64,000 bases of DNA, taken from positions 146,878,001 through 146,942,000 of the forward strand of contig OX597817.1 in assembly GCA_951406725.2 (NCBI GenBank), given 5' to 3'. Positions 44,164 to 57,840 of the stretch are shown here, one piece after another (position 1 is the first letter of the stretch; every line of letters begins with the position of its first letter). The notes under the pieces were generated by a model. The model had not been told where the DNA came from. It searched no databases and saw only the letters and a program-made list of their open reading frames with translations. This DNA is from Octopus vulgaris. Lineage: Eukaryota. The position numbers and the translations under genes are program-made.

Positions 44164-45456
44164 GGCCGGGAAGCTAACGCTAGAGTTGTTTTCCCTGTAT
44201 CCATGTTCTTGCCAGTGCAACAGTGTATATGTATGTAAATGTTTTTGTATATGGAGCTCTATATATATCTAGTAGAAGCAAGGAAATGAGTCCTTAAAAC
44301 TAACATAGTTGAGTGTATATATTTCAAGTTGAGAAATTTCAACGTAATATTCTTTCTATTTAGAGTTTTAGGCAAATTTCTTGAAGATAGTTGATAACGA
44401 GAAACTCGGAGCAGCAAGTAGCCTTCATTGATTCTCTTAACATGAAATGTTTCTCTCTTTTTCGCTTTCTTCCTCAATATCTCTTAACGTTACATTTTTG
44501 TATGTGTGTATGTTTGTATTTATGTCTTTAGATTTTTTTTCATTATTAGTACTTTTTTAAAAAAGTGAGATATAAAAAATCTCCATTGCTGCATTTTGGC
44601 TAAGAATCATATCTATTATCTGTAGAACGTTAAACCTTTAATTCCGAAATAAAATTTCTTTGATATTTCAGTTATGTTAAATATCTATTAATAATAGAAT
44701 TGGTATTTTCTACAAGTCCCGTTGCCTCAATAAACTTCACATATCTCTACAAAAATTAGTTTCAAACAAGACTTACCTCAACAAAGGACATTGGTATATA
44801 AAACTGATTTCCGTAGTTAAGGGTAATGGACATTTTGAATGGTTGTATCTGATCCCTGCAGTAAAAGAAATTCTTATGTACATTTATTGTTCTCTTTACA
44901 GATTGTATCTGTAAAGTTCGACTTAGTTGATTACTTTGTAAATCCCAGCTGCCACAGAATGTCTCTTAGACATTTACCTGCGTAACCAAGCATACAGACG
45001 ATTATTGGTCTAATTATTGGTTTAAATGCAAATCAGGCTTGGGAAGCTGAGGGTTCTAAGCAAACGCCCATTAGATATTCTCTTTGTCGATGTCTTGGAA
45101 GAGATACCCATATCTGCATGGCAACTAAACTATATGACTGTACATCACTTAATGTATGTATGTATGTATGTATGTATGTATGTATGTATGTATGTATGTA
45201 TGTATGTGTGCATGTATATATGTATGTATATACGTATGCATGTGTGTATGTATGTATGCATGCATGTATATATGTATGTATATAGTATGCATGCCTGTAT
45301 GTATGTATGTATGCGTGCATGTATATATGTATATACTTATGCATGGATGTATGTATGTATGTGTGTATGTATTTATGTATGTACCACTGGCATTACTACT
45401 GCTGTTACTATTATAAGCCACTCCTTAATGACAAAGGACATCTGGAATACCTTCAA

Positions 45457-45517
<61 letters not shown>

Positions 45518-45822
45518 GTGCTACTGACGACGATCCCGCAGCAATCAGAAGAGAACGAAATACCAGCATCATGTGAGTTTTGCAAGAAAAACACGTGAGC
45601 TTCCAGAACTGATATAAAGAAAGATTGATTTGACTTATTTCAATATAATTTTTCTTTATATTCCAGCATGAAAAAAAATCATCGTTTAAAGCGACTGAAA
45701 CCGGTAGCATAATTTAATGACAAAAATGTAAATACTTTCTTTTATCTTCGATAAAGCACTTTTGTCTTTTCGCTTATATAAATTTACTCGTGTGAAATCT
45801 CTTAACCAATATACATACATAC

Positions 45823-45860
<38 letters not shown>

Positions 45861-45867
<7 letters not shown>

Positions 45868-46049
45868 GGATGACCACTATGTAGACAACGCTTATGCTAG
45901 AAGTAGATCCGCTATGGTCTTACCACTAAGAACTGTTCTCAAGAAAATTTGGTGTTTGCTAAATTTTTTTGAGAACATTTCTTAGTGGTAAGACCATAGC
46001 GGATCTACTTCTAGAATAAGGGTTGTCCACATAGTGGTCATCCCTCTCA

Positions 46050-46148
<99 letters not shown>

Positions 46149-46163
46149 GTATATATATACATA

Positions 46164-46241
<78 letters not shown>

Positions 46242-46430
46242 TGAGAGGGATGACCACTATGTGGACAACCCTTATTCTAGAAGTAGATCCGCTATGGTCT
46301 TACCACTAAGAAATGTTCTCAAAAAAATTTAGCAAACACCAAATTTTCTTGAGAACAGTTCTTAGTGGTAAGACCATAGCAGATCTACTTCTAGCATAAG
46401 CGTTGTCTACATAGTGGTCATTCCTCTCAT
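45861..46430. repeat. 570 bp nested palindrome: two 190 bp hairpin units in inverted orientation around (TA)n
   Basis: 45861-46050 is itself an imperfect palindrome; 46241-46430 is its reverse complement with about two differences; the spacer is a ~190 bp TA tract. Confidence 0.92.
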
Positions 46431-46869
46431 ATGTATGTAATACAATTTACTGAACCTTCAGATTTGAATATGCTAGACCACTGGTTTTAAATTGATGTTA
46501 ATCAAATTAATATCCAATTTTTCACCCCCATTTTAAATATATATATATATATATATATCGTTCTATACTCCTCCGTATTGGATTACTATGTGGTCTGCTA
46601 CCCGGGTACGCTAGAGGAGTTTTCTGTGATAGTTACACGATTATATAATTTCATGTATTACACTACAAATATAAATATATGTATGTATGTGATTATGTGT
46701 GTGTGTGTTTTGAATTTGTATATTATTCATATGGATGTGGATGATAATTTGTATGCTTCTATGAATAAATCTATGAAATATGGTGGAGTATTTTGGATCA
46801 CGCATTGTATATGTATTATTTCTCATTGCAATCGCAAAGCTTCCACCATTAAGCAAGCATCATTGTGCA

Positions 46870-46921
<52 letters not shown>

Positions 46922-47548
46922 TGTATATATGATTATATATGTATGTGAGCAATATGTATACGAATGAATATTTTTATGTATGAGCGTAATAATCCATGTA
47001 AGCACTATCTTTCTTTCTATGCATAAATTTTGCACACATACTTGCATGCATATTTCTAAAAATATTTCCTAATACCATTTAGCCGAGAGTAAAATTTGCA
47101 TAAATCGTCGAAAGTTCTCAGGAAATAAAGCAAGCTGTCATGCACACCTTTATCGTGTTCTTTTTACTATCTACTTGGTCAACGAAACAATGAATCCATA
47201 CATATATATATGAATATGCACACCCAAAGAACATATTGCCTGGAAGCCAACCAGCCAGCTAACCTTAAATGCCAAGCGTCCATCCATCCATCCATCCATC
47301 CATCCATTCATCAATCCACCCATCCATCCATCCATCCATTCATCAATCCATCCATCCATATTGTAAAATTTTACCAGATCATATATTTTGTCATAAGCTT
47401 CTTTTGCGACTTATACCCCTGTTTGTGACGTTTTTTCATATCGGCACCCATTTTGACACTTCTCTATTGTGACCTATTCTTTTACTTTCCGTTCTTCGTC
47501 GATTCTATAACACCAAACCATTATTTTGGCTCTTGAAAACTCCACTGA

Positions 47549-47612
<64 letters not shown>

Positions 47613-48797
47613 AAAAATAATAAAAAGAAAGATTAAAATATGACTTCTTTCCCAGCAGATTGTTAAAGCAACCCCATAAAATATAATACTAGTAAACAGG
47701 AATGAAATATTCAAAAGATTTAAGAATGGCCATTAGCAGTGCTGGGATTATTTCAGTGTTCAGTAAATTAGACATTATCGGCTGCTATAATGCAGTTAAG
47801 ACCACCACTAATCGGAAATAGAGTTTAGAATTGTGAATTCGTCAACGATTCTATAAATGAGTATTGGCAAAACCAAACAAAGAAACACCAGAAAAAAATC
47901 TAATTAAGATAACCAAGAGTTTTACCTATAAATTAGATGCTAGAACAACATAATGTTAAAATAATTTCACCTCCATCATAAATACTGTCAAACAAATACT
48001 ATCGAATGCAAATTTTCGGCAACGATAGTATAGAATTACTAGCATTTTGTGTGTAGGATACGTATGAATATGTATATATGTAAGTGTATACGTGTGTACA
48101 TCTTGTACGTGTGTGTGAGCATGTGTTGCTTTCGGTATTCGAATACGCTCAATTTATACTATGAATATATTAAATTCTTAAAGACTTCATCCTAATATGT
48201 AACAGTTTGTTCCTTTCGATATCCAGTAATTAAACTAACAAAATGGAACGAAATACTAAACACTTTAAAATCCCTGCAAAAAAAAAAAAAAAATTCTATC
48301 ACTACAGGTGAGATTTATAAAATTGGATTCACTTCAGCTAAAATCTGCAACAAAATGCGACGAAACACAAGTAAGGCAATAAAAGAACTTTAAATAGGTA
48401 GATTTAAAAGGGTTTTGTATTTCAGGTGCTTATCATATATATGTAATAGAGTGTGAGGCGTTTAATAAATATTTTGAAAAAGGAAATCGAAGGAAAGAAA
48501 TTGGTTGAGAAGGGGAAAATGGACTAAGAAACAAGAGCGAGGAGGAGAGCGAAAGAAAAACTGACAGAGAGACAGAGAAGACAATCAGTAAATAAAGAGA
48601 GAAAAAGATAGAAGGGATTGGAGAGCTGAACGTCGAACTCTAAACATAATCAGTAGCAGTCGTGCATATATTTCTACCCACAAAATATGCTGTATACTAT
48701 ATATATATATAAAATTAAATAAGGGTAGAATTGATATTAATCAATTAAAACCAGTGGCCTAACATATTAAAAAATCCGAAGATTAAACATTTTTTTA

Positions 48798-49015
48798 CAT
48801 ACAAAATTTAGAGGAATGACCACTAAAAGTGGACAGCCTATATGCTAGATATAGACGTCAAAATCGCCATTTTCCACGGAGAATGTGTTCTCAAAAAAAT
48901 TTTCTTGCTGAATTTTTTCTTGAGAACACATTCTCCGTGGAAAATGGCGATTTTGACGTCTATATCTAGCATATAGGCTGTCCACTTTTAGTGGTCATTC
49001 CTCTAAATTTTGTAT
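48798..49015. repeat. ~215 bp near-perfect hairpin related to the 45861 unit
   Basis: atacaaaatttagaggaatgaccact...gttctcaa | ttgagaac...agtggtcattcctctaaattttgtat. It shares gaggaatgaccact, tatgctaga, ttctcaa and the tail aaaaccagtgg with 46241-46540. Confidence 0.9.
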
Positions 49016-49019
49016 ACTT

Positions 49020-49086
<67 letters not shown>

Positions 49087-49104
49087 CATGTATGTATATT
49101 GCCA

Positions 49105-49700
49105 CATCTGTTTACCTTGGAAGCACACTGTTAAGAGATGGTACTCTTGATGCAGTGATATACTATCGAATAAGGCAGGGAAGTGTTGCATTTTGAAAGC
49201 TGGAAAAGCGAGTATGGGTGGATAGAGGTATTTCTTCATAGACAAAAATGAGTGTCTATAAAACGTGTATGTTGTCTGCACTTCTTTATTCGAGTGAGGC
49301 ATGGGCCACTCACAGGCATCATATGAAAATGATGGAGAGACTTCACCAAAAGTGTTTCAGGCGTATTTTGGGAGTCAAGTGGGAATGTTTTGTACCAGAT
49401 ACTGAAGTTTTGCGCATGGCATGTTGTAGCTCAATTGAACAAGATGAGCGATTGCCAAAGCGCCCTTTTTATGGTGAGCTCAACTCTGGTAAGAGACTAC
49501 AACATAAGACGAGGAAAAGGTATAAAAACTGTGTGAAGGAAAACCTGAAGAAACTAGATATGAACAAAAGTGATTGGGAAAATGATGCATTGGATCGGAA
49601 CAAGGAGGGGTACTGTTAGGACTGGTTGCAATGGCTGGGAGGGACAGGTGTTTCAGCACTCTGAGCTTAAAAGGGCCCGTCTGAAAGGAAGCATTGTAAC
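49105..49700 (+). mobile_element. RTE (BovB-like) LINE 3' fragment
   Basis: YLGSTV...SVYKTCMLSALLYSSEAW...RLHQKCFRRILGVKW...DTEVL...RLPKRPFYGEL..GKR...[12 protein letters not shown]. Confidence 0.88.
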
Positions 49701-49755
49701 TGGAATTTACAGTGAAGATATGTATTGTGTGATCGTGTTCTGCTGCCGTCAAAAG

Positions 49756-49875
<120 letters not shown>

Positions 49876-49934
49876 ATATATATATATATATATATAATTA
49901 GTGAATGGAAGAAACTGTTTATCAATGTACGTTG

Positions 49935-50018
<84 letters not shown>

Positions 50019-50524
50019 GCATATAAAATTTGCTTACGGGAAATGTTTGAGTATGCAAATAAATTTCCTATTCCCTTATGTTGGCCACAGTCTAATAATG
50101 CTGACTGGTGAACCAGTCTTTTGGGGTTGCATCGGGCTGTACCGATATAATGTAGGATGAATACAGTCAATAATAATAATAATCCTTGGATGGAATTTAT
50201 GAACATTTAAAGCTTTGCTACGCGCGTTTCCTCAAATCACATGTCTCTTAAGATCACTGTCCATATTGCTGGTATGGTTACAGTGTAGTCCGTAGTATCC
50301 GTGGACATTGGGCTGATCACCTTCATGGATTCATTCCTCCAGGCGATATAAAGTTAATGGATATACAACAGAGGGATGCTTATCCCTTCTGACCAATATA
50401 AAGGTTGACTGAGTTTTTATACATATATGTTTTCTAGCTAGTAGATCCTCTGATGTAATTATTACTCAACGAGGGATACTCAGTCAGCTACTCATCAGGG
50501 CGAAGATACTTTAATATATGAAGA

Positions 50525-50672
50525 AGGCGTAGGAGTGGTTGTGTGGTAAGTAGCTTGCTTACCAACCACATGATTCCGGCTTCAGTCCCACTGCGTGGCA
50601 CCTTGGGCAAGTGCTTTCTACTATAGCCTCGGGCCGACCAAATACTTGTGAGTGGATTTGGCAGACGGAAAA
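50525..50672 (+). mobile_element. SINE family C, 5' part
   Basis: aggcgtaggagtggttgtgtggtaag...gtggatttggcagacggaaa. Confidence 0.85.
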
Positions 50673-50808
50673 GAAAACGTATAGCAAATAAACAAAGGAA
50701 CATATACTAAATACACAAGCGAACAGAAAACACAGAAAGCCACCAAAATCCTCATCAGTTATCGGCCAGAGGGTCAAACGCAATTTCGGCCATTATCGAT
50801 AATATTAC

Positions 50809-50868
<60 letters not shown>

Positions 50869-51089
50869 CCATACGCATATATATCAAGCAACAACAATGT
50901 GCCTAGTATATTTTGAACAACGTATGTATTACATATTTGTTCTACATCTTAGTTTTGTTTCAGTTATCAGTCCTTAATTTCATTTCAGCGCAGATACGAG
51001 ATTAAAAATGTGTACGACTTTTCGTTCTCTGTCAATGTGTTGGCGTGTTATTGTATTGTAGAAGAATTCCATGAGGAATACATCCAAAT

Positions 51090-51169
<80 letters not shown>

Positions 51170-51458
51170 ATACAAACATTCTCCTCATAATCTCTTCGTA
51201 TTCTTTCTTGCCCTTAATTTCATTTATTTATATGTTTAACCGAATAAGGTCTATTAAAAGCCGAACGCAATTTCCTATGGTTTCTGGAGAAAAGCTGTCA
51301 ACAAACTGAAGAAATATCAATAGCAACAACAACAACAACAGTGAAACAGCTGAAGCAGCAACAAAAATATCCATAACTACAATAAAATTAAATACAATAA
51401 CATCGCCATCATCGTTTTTATTTTCCTTCTCCTCCTCCACTTCCTCCTCCTCCTAATC

Positions 51459-51496
<38 letters not shown>

Positions 51497-51601
51497 TTCC
51501 TTCGATATTAGCAAAAACGAAAGGAAAAGGCTAACAATAAACTTCTGCTCCTCCTCCTCCTACTCACCACCATCAACATCTTTCTTTCTTTCTCTCTTTT
51601 T

Positions 51602-51649
<48 letters not shown>

Positions 51650-51659
51650 TTTCTTTCTT

Positions 51660-51691
<32 letters not shown>

Positions 51692-51711
51692 TTTCTTTCT
51701 TTCTTTCTTTT

Positions 51712-51768
<57 letters not shown>

Positions 51769-52379
51769 TTCTTCTTCTCCTCCTCCTCCTCCTCCATCGC
51801 ATCTTATTTCACTTACTCTCTCTTTTTCTTCTTTTTCGACATTAACACAAACGAAAGCAAAGGCTAACACCATCGTCACCACCACTACCACCAACAGCAG
51901 CAGCAGCAGCAGCAGCATCACCACCACCACTACCACCACCACCACCACCACTATCACCATCATTATCCTCCTCCTCATCATCACTGCCACCAACGTCACC
52001 GCCATCACCGCTGCAGTCTCCCTCATTGTCGACATTGTTTCCTTTTCCGGTTCACCCCACCTCCTACTCCTCACCCCTCTCCCGTTCGTCCAACAACTAA
52101 AACAGCAAGTTGCTGGACAAGTTATTCTAAATTTGTAAAGATGTCTGATAAATCTTTTTATAGGCAATGTCTTCTATTGGATATCATAAATATACCATTG
52201 AAATGAGACAACGAGACGTAACTAGAGATATTGTGGTATATAGATTTATATCAGCAGTGATATCTTTCTTGATTTAGTTTTCTTCTGACATTATACAATG
52301 AAATAAAATCATATGTATACCTGTATCCATAAACACGCACATACCATAAACTGGACGGATCTGTGTTTGCCACCGTGCT

Positions 52380-52414
<35 letters not shown>

Positions 52415-52622
52415 ATGTGTATGTATAAATATATATATATGTGTGTGTGTGTATATATGTAGGTATGCATGCGTGTGTGTGTAAGTATAAATATATATAT
52501 ATGTATGTATGTATGTGTATATATATATATACATATATATATTTATATATATATATATATACATACCTACATACATACATACAGACACACATAATTTTAG
52601 GCTCAACAATATATATACATAA

Positions 52623-53695
52623 TTACATATAAGAGACCAAAGTGTACGTACACCGCAATATTTTTATATATAAAAAATACAAAAATGGGACAAGAACGCA
52701 AAACATCCAGACAGGTGAAACAAAAAAAGGAAAACAATTTATCCAGACAGACAATACAAAGAAAACATGACTAATCAAAGGGTGGATGAACTCAGAAAGA
52801 TCAACAACCATTCGGAGTTTTCTTTCCTGAGTCGAGTTCCAGATTATCTTTGTAATTTCGGCTGGTTATACTCGAGATTGCTCCAATCTGGCCAGCCCCA
52901 AGGAAAAATAAGAGCATTACAATCCTTGGAAGAAAGGAGCGAATGTATACGAAACAAGGACGGAAAAAAGCAGAATTGTTACACAAATATAAATAACAAG
53001 ACATAACAACAGGTGTCTGTCGACCAAGGACGAAATAGATTAAGCTGGCGTGTGTGGAAGTAAAGCCTTACGGCAGGGACATAAGATTTAACAAGTACAG
53101 GAAGGAATACAGATGTTGCACGGACAGTAGTCCAACCAAGAAAGAAAGGTCAGGCCTGGCCGAACACCGGTCACGTGGGGAGAGAAGAGAGAGAGAAGTA
53201 GAGACTGAGGGATAGACGAATTAAGGAGGGGCGAGAGAAAATGAAAGAGACACTGAAGTAAAAGAAGGAAAGGCAGCATGAAGAGAAGGCCAGGAAGTGT
53301 GAGAGAGGGGGAACAAAAGAACGAAGAGTGGAATGAACTAAGTATGAAAGGGCTGAAAGAAAGAAGGAAAGAATGAAAGAATACGAAATACAAAATTTAG
53401 ATACATATACTTACATATAAGAGACCAAAGTGTACGTACGCCGTTATATTTTATATATAAAAAATACAAAAATGGGACAAGAATGAAAAACATCCAGACA
53501 GTTAAGTGAAACAAAAGAAGGAAAACAAAATAGCCAGACAGACGATACAAGGAAACCAAGGACGGATCATTCGGAGTTTTCTATCCTCAGTCGAGTTCCA
53601 GATTATCTTTGCAATTTCAGCTGGTTATACGCGAGATTGCTTCAATCTGGCCAGCCCCAAGGAAAAATAAGCTAAGAGCATTACATTCCTTGGAA
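52623..53695 (-). mobile_element. Non-coding element with ~300 bp direct repeats (52623-52931 and 53411-53695) between TA tracts
   Basis: ttacatataagagaccaaagtgtacgtac...gagttccagattatcttt...gccagccccaaggaaaaataag...ccttggaa is present twice; no TG...CA ends; a related fragment lies at 55377-55424. Confidence 0.7.
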
Positions 53696-53724
53696 TTCGC
53701 TGCTTTCTTCTAAGGAATGTATAC

Positions 53725-53793
<69 letters not shown>

Positions 53794-54771
53794 CTCCCAA
53801 TCATTCGCCAAGCTGGACTGCTGAAGTCTACATGTGTTTTTAATTCTGTCTTTGTCTTTTGTTTTCCCATAAATTTCAACTATGTATGTATGTATGTATG
53901 TATGTATGTATGTATGTATGTATGTATGTATGTATGTATGTATGTATGTATGTATGTATGTATGTATATATATATGTGTTTGTTTGTGTGTGGGTATATA
54001 TATATATATATATATTGTGAGGAGTCAAAAGATTTTCAATATTTTGGTAACTTGCTTTATTCGTCGTCACAACAAAAGTAACATAGCATTCAAAGTAGAG
54101 GCCATCATGTTGCACCGCCCGAAGTCTGCTTTCTGTCACTCCCTTGATACGACGTTGTCAGTCCCTCGAGGCGAAGAACATCTTCACCGAAGCTTCCACT
54201 TCTTGGTTGATAAAGTATTCCGAGCACAGTAAGTGAGACATGGATCAGAATAAGCACTAATCTGAGGGGTTATTTTTACTGCAATCTTAACGTGCGGTGG
54301 TTAAGCAAGGGTCAGCTTCTGGAACCTGTCACCTAACATGGACTTTTCGAACACAAAGTGGTGTTCTGCGTCTGGTGGAATCACGCGGGAATTCGTTCCG
54401 GACGGTTGAACCATCGATATCAACCAGTACTCCGAACAGCTGGAGCGGATGTATATCCCTGAGAGGCAAAAATACTCGCCATTGTCTAACAAAATGTGAG
54501 CTCTTCTGCATCAAGTCAATGCAAGACCTCTTACTGCTCGAAGGATTCGGAATAAACTTCAGGAATTTGAGGGAATCGAAATGATGCTACACCCAACATA
54601 TAGTTCGGACCTAGCTCCCTCGGATTATTTCTTGTTCTGATCCATGGCTTAATTCCTGCGCTCGGGACGCTTCTTCAACTGAGAGAAAGTGGAGGTTTCA
54701 GTGAACGAGTTCTTTACCTCGAAGGACAAAAACAGGTATCAGTTTCAGATCAGAGAATTGACAGAAAAGTA

Positions 54772-54890
54772 GCTTACGGCCATATCACGTTGAAAGCACC
54801 GGTTCTCGTCCGATCATTGAAGTTAAGCAACGTCGACCCTAGTTAGAACTTAGAAGGGTGATGTTTGGGAAACCTAGGTGCTGTAAGCGT
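54772..54890 (+). pseudogene. 5S rRNA retro-pseudogene
   Basis: gcttacggccatatcacgttgaaagcaccggttctcgtccgatc...gaagttaagcaacgtcg...gtgctgtaagc is ~118 nt with the 5S consensus and paired ends (gcttac/gtaagc). It has substitutions in the 3' half and an A-rich tail instead of a T-run. Confidence 0.9.
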
Positions 54891-54899
54891 TAAAAAATA

Positions 54900-55128
54900 A
54901 AGGCGGCGAGCTGGCAGAAACGTTAGCATGCCGGGCGAAACGTTTAGCGGTATTTTGTCTGCCGTTACGTTCTGAGTTCAAATTCCGCCGAGGTCGACTT
55001 TGCCTTTCATCCTTTCGGATTAAGTACCATTTACGCACTCTTGTCGATGTAATCGACTTAATCCCTTTGTCTATCCTCGTTTGTACCCTCTATGTTTAGC
55101 CCTTTGTGGGCAATAAAGAAATAAAAAA
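54900..55128 (+). mobile_element. SINE family A following the 5S copy
   Basis: aaggcggcgagctggcagaaacgttagc...gccctttgtgggcaataaagaaata. Confidence 0.92.
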
Positions 55129-55559
55129 TGTAGATTCAGACAGTGCAACACGATGGCTTCTTCTTTGAATGCTCGGCTACTTTTGTTGCAAGCTGAGGGA
55201 TAAATCAAATAAGCTATCAAAATATTGTAAAAATCTTTTGACTCAATACAATATTGTTGCTCTTGGTAATCTGTAACCTAGTACAACTTATAGTATGTTT
55301 GGGTCGTCTAAACCGGCTATACCACCGAGCCTGCTTGCTGAGCAGGGTGGTTTTGGTAAACCTACAGGATGAAAAACATGACAAATCAAAGGGCGGATGA
55401 ACTCAGAAAGATCAACAACCATTCATTTTAAACCTCTGAGGATGTGGGATCCCTTGCTGCGGCTACAACATCCTTCTAGGAGTGGAACACTGATATAAAA
55501 CTCGTGTTTGACGTGTTAACAATTTATCCCGCTTCGATGTGTCACTGGTTGTCTTGAAT

Positions 55560-56601
55560 TTTAGTACACACTTAATTTCTATTCTGCCTGTTTCGAACTT
55601 GCTTCACTTGGGAGCAATCTTTATGTTCAATTTTCTCTTTGTCGTGCCTTAGATTTAATATTCTTTCACACTCTTCTGACACTTGTTCTAAGGTTACAGC
55701 TTGGTTTTGTTCCAGCTTAGCGAGAATTCTTGTCCTTACTTCTGCGTCTTTTTCTGCAGTTAGTCCCTGAGTAAATATCAGGCACTTGAACATGTCTGGC
55801 GTTAACTTATCCAGCTGGAACTTTTCACATTCTCTGTTAACTCAACCAGCATATGTGATGTAGCCCCCATCGCTGTTCTTTTATAGGTTCAAACATCTCC
55901 AGCGTGTATTGAACAACAAGCTTTCCTCGCTAAAAATTTTACACAAAATGTCTATTATATTACTAAAGTTTATGTCAGAATGTTTTTTTCAAGACTACGT
56001 AATTGCTGTTATGCTCATGTTCTCCTGTTGCCAGTTTTCTTAGGATTAGACGCGTTTTCATATCGTCGTCCCATCTTTGCACTCCTTATTGAAGATCTGT
56101 TCGTATCTTCTATAATACACCTCGAAATTAACTCCTTCGTCTGGTTCATACTTGCATTTGTTGCTGTAATTGTAATTGTTGTTGTTATTGTTTTTGCTTT
56201 GTTGTTGTTCTTCTTGCAGTATTTGTTGTGCTGTTTTTGCAACTCAAGCAAACCAGCCAATAATTCTTCCATAATTTTACGATTTTGTATAGCAAAAAAT
56301 TCGCACAAAAACTTTTGTAAGTTTCGTAACTCCTTGTAAGTCTGTTTAATCTTCATGAGTTCGTTAAATCATCGTGAGTTTGTTAATTCCTCGTCGCCAA
56401 TGTTGTAATCCAACGTCGGACTGTTGTAACGCCCACTCCGGTATAGCGGTATAGTTTGTTAGACAAATATAGACACGACTGTCTATGACCGACTTTGCCG
56501 ACTTCTCGACGACTCGACTTCGTACGTCAAATATTTGTAACGACTAGAACACACCTCTCATCGCGTGGGAGAGCTGTACCATTATTATTATCCCCATAAC
56601 A
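55560..56601 (-). mobile_element. Gypsy (Mag-like) LTR retrotransposon 5' remnant: LTR, PBS, gag fragment
   Basis: LTR 56601-56401 (TGTTATGGGG...TTACAACA) is followed by the PBS TTGGCGACGAGGA, complementary to the 3' end of tRNA-Ser(GCU). The gag remnant reads SLLFNTRWRCLNL...ECEKFQLDKLTPDMFKCLIFTQGL..DAEVRTRILAKLE. Confidence 0.88.
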
Positions 56602-56645
56602 CACACATATATATATATAGGGAGAGAGAGACAGACAGAGAAGAG

Positions 56646-56710
<65 letters not shown>

Positions 56711-56989
56711 AACAGATGAGATCAAGAGATTTTCAATATAGAAAACACTTAGTAGCACTCAAAAGATTTGAATTTACACACCGAAATCTTTACCGATAAC
56801 CAAGTCTGCTGGGTAAAGAGTTGTTATAAGAAAAATCCAGATTAGCTGATATGGAGATAATGATGTAAATAAACGAATAAACTGCTTGGGTTACATATTT
56901 AAAATATATATATACATGTATACATGTAGATAGAGAGAAAGCAAACACTGGAAATTTTCAGACGATGAATATTCAACTATAAATATATA

Positions 56990-57309
56990 GATATTAATAG
57001 TTATCGCCAAGCGAGCATGACAGTCCAGAAAAATACGCCGAATGCTGCTGTTGATTAGCTCCAAGAGGCCATCGTCTCTTGCTAGCTATGTGACACACAA
57101 ACCTGTGTCCATTATAACTTTCGAACAGGGGAAGTCAGCCAGACCAGCAAGGGGAAGCTGCTGACCTCCCCTGTTCGAAGATTATAATGAACACAGGTTT
57201 GTGTGTCACATAGCTAGCTAGAGGCGATGGCCTCTTGGAGCTAATCAACAGCGGCATTCGTCCTATTTTTCTGGACTGCCATGTTATCTTGGCGATAACT
57301 ATTAATATC
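56990..57309. repeat. ~320 bp imperfect hairpin (fold-back cassette)
   Basis: gatattaatagttatcgccaag...cgaacaggggaagtcagc | gctgacctcccctgttcgaa...cttggcgataactattaatatc; arms ~150 bp. Confidence 0.88.
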
Positions 57310-57840
57310 CGGTACCGCTGCCGTAGTCTCCTTTAGAGAGAATTACAAATAATGATAAATCTATAGATATTTATATATTAACATATAAATATCTATATTT
57401 AATTTAGTATTCACGAATGGGGAACAAGAGGGACTGTGACCAAATTCTTACTGTACCATCGCACTTCTGACATCACAGTTTTCATAAGAAGTTGCTCAAC
57501 ATATCACTAAACTTCGCTACGGTTGTTTGTTCAGCAGTGATATTATTACTTTCTCCAATATTCTGGAGGACTATGTTCAAACAGCATGTTTACCTTTTTA
57601 TGTATTAAAATCTAGCGTGCAATTCACCAGTAATGTTTCATCCTGAAAGTAGTTTCGTATTTTGACATCAGATCTGTTTCTGTCAAAGTCAACAAGCTTG
57701 GTATTTTATATTCACTCTGAGCAGTTGTTGTTAAAGGTCGATAAAGTATCCCTGATCGTAGGTCAGGATATTTTTTGTATCCTTCAAGTGCATTTAAATC
57801 TCCTACATTTTGAATTTTTATCACAATCTCAAGGGCAATA

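Larger units (their letters stand above)
54012..55254 (+). mobile_element. Internally deleted mariner transposon with nested 5S copy and SINE
   Basis: TIRs atattgt.a.gagtcaaaagattt / aaatcttttgactcaatacaatat; transposase remnants ..VWWN.. and HPTYSSDLAPSDYFLF (YSPDLAP motif); QTVQHDG resumes after the insertions. Confidence 0.88.

Noticed and set aside
54772-54890. Functional 5S rRNA gene
   Set aside because: It is solitary, inserted in a transposon, substituted in its 3' half and followed by an A-rich tail instead of a Pol III T-run.
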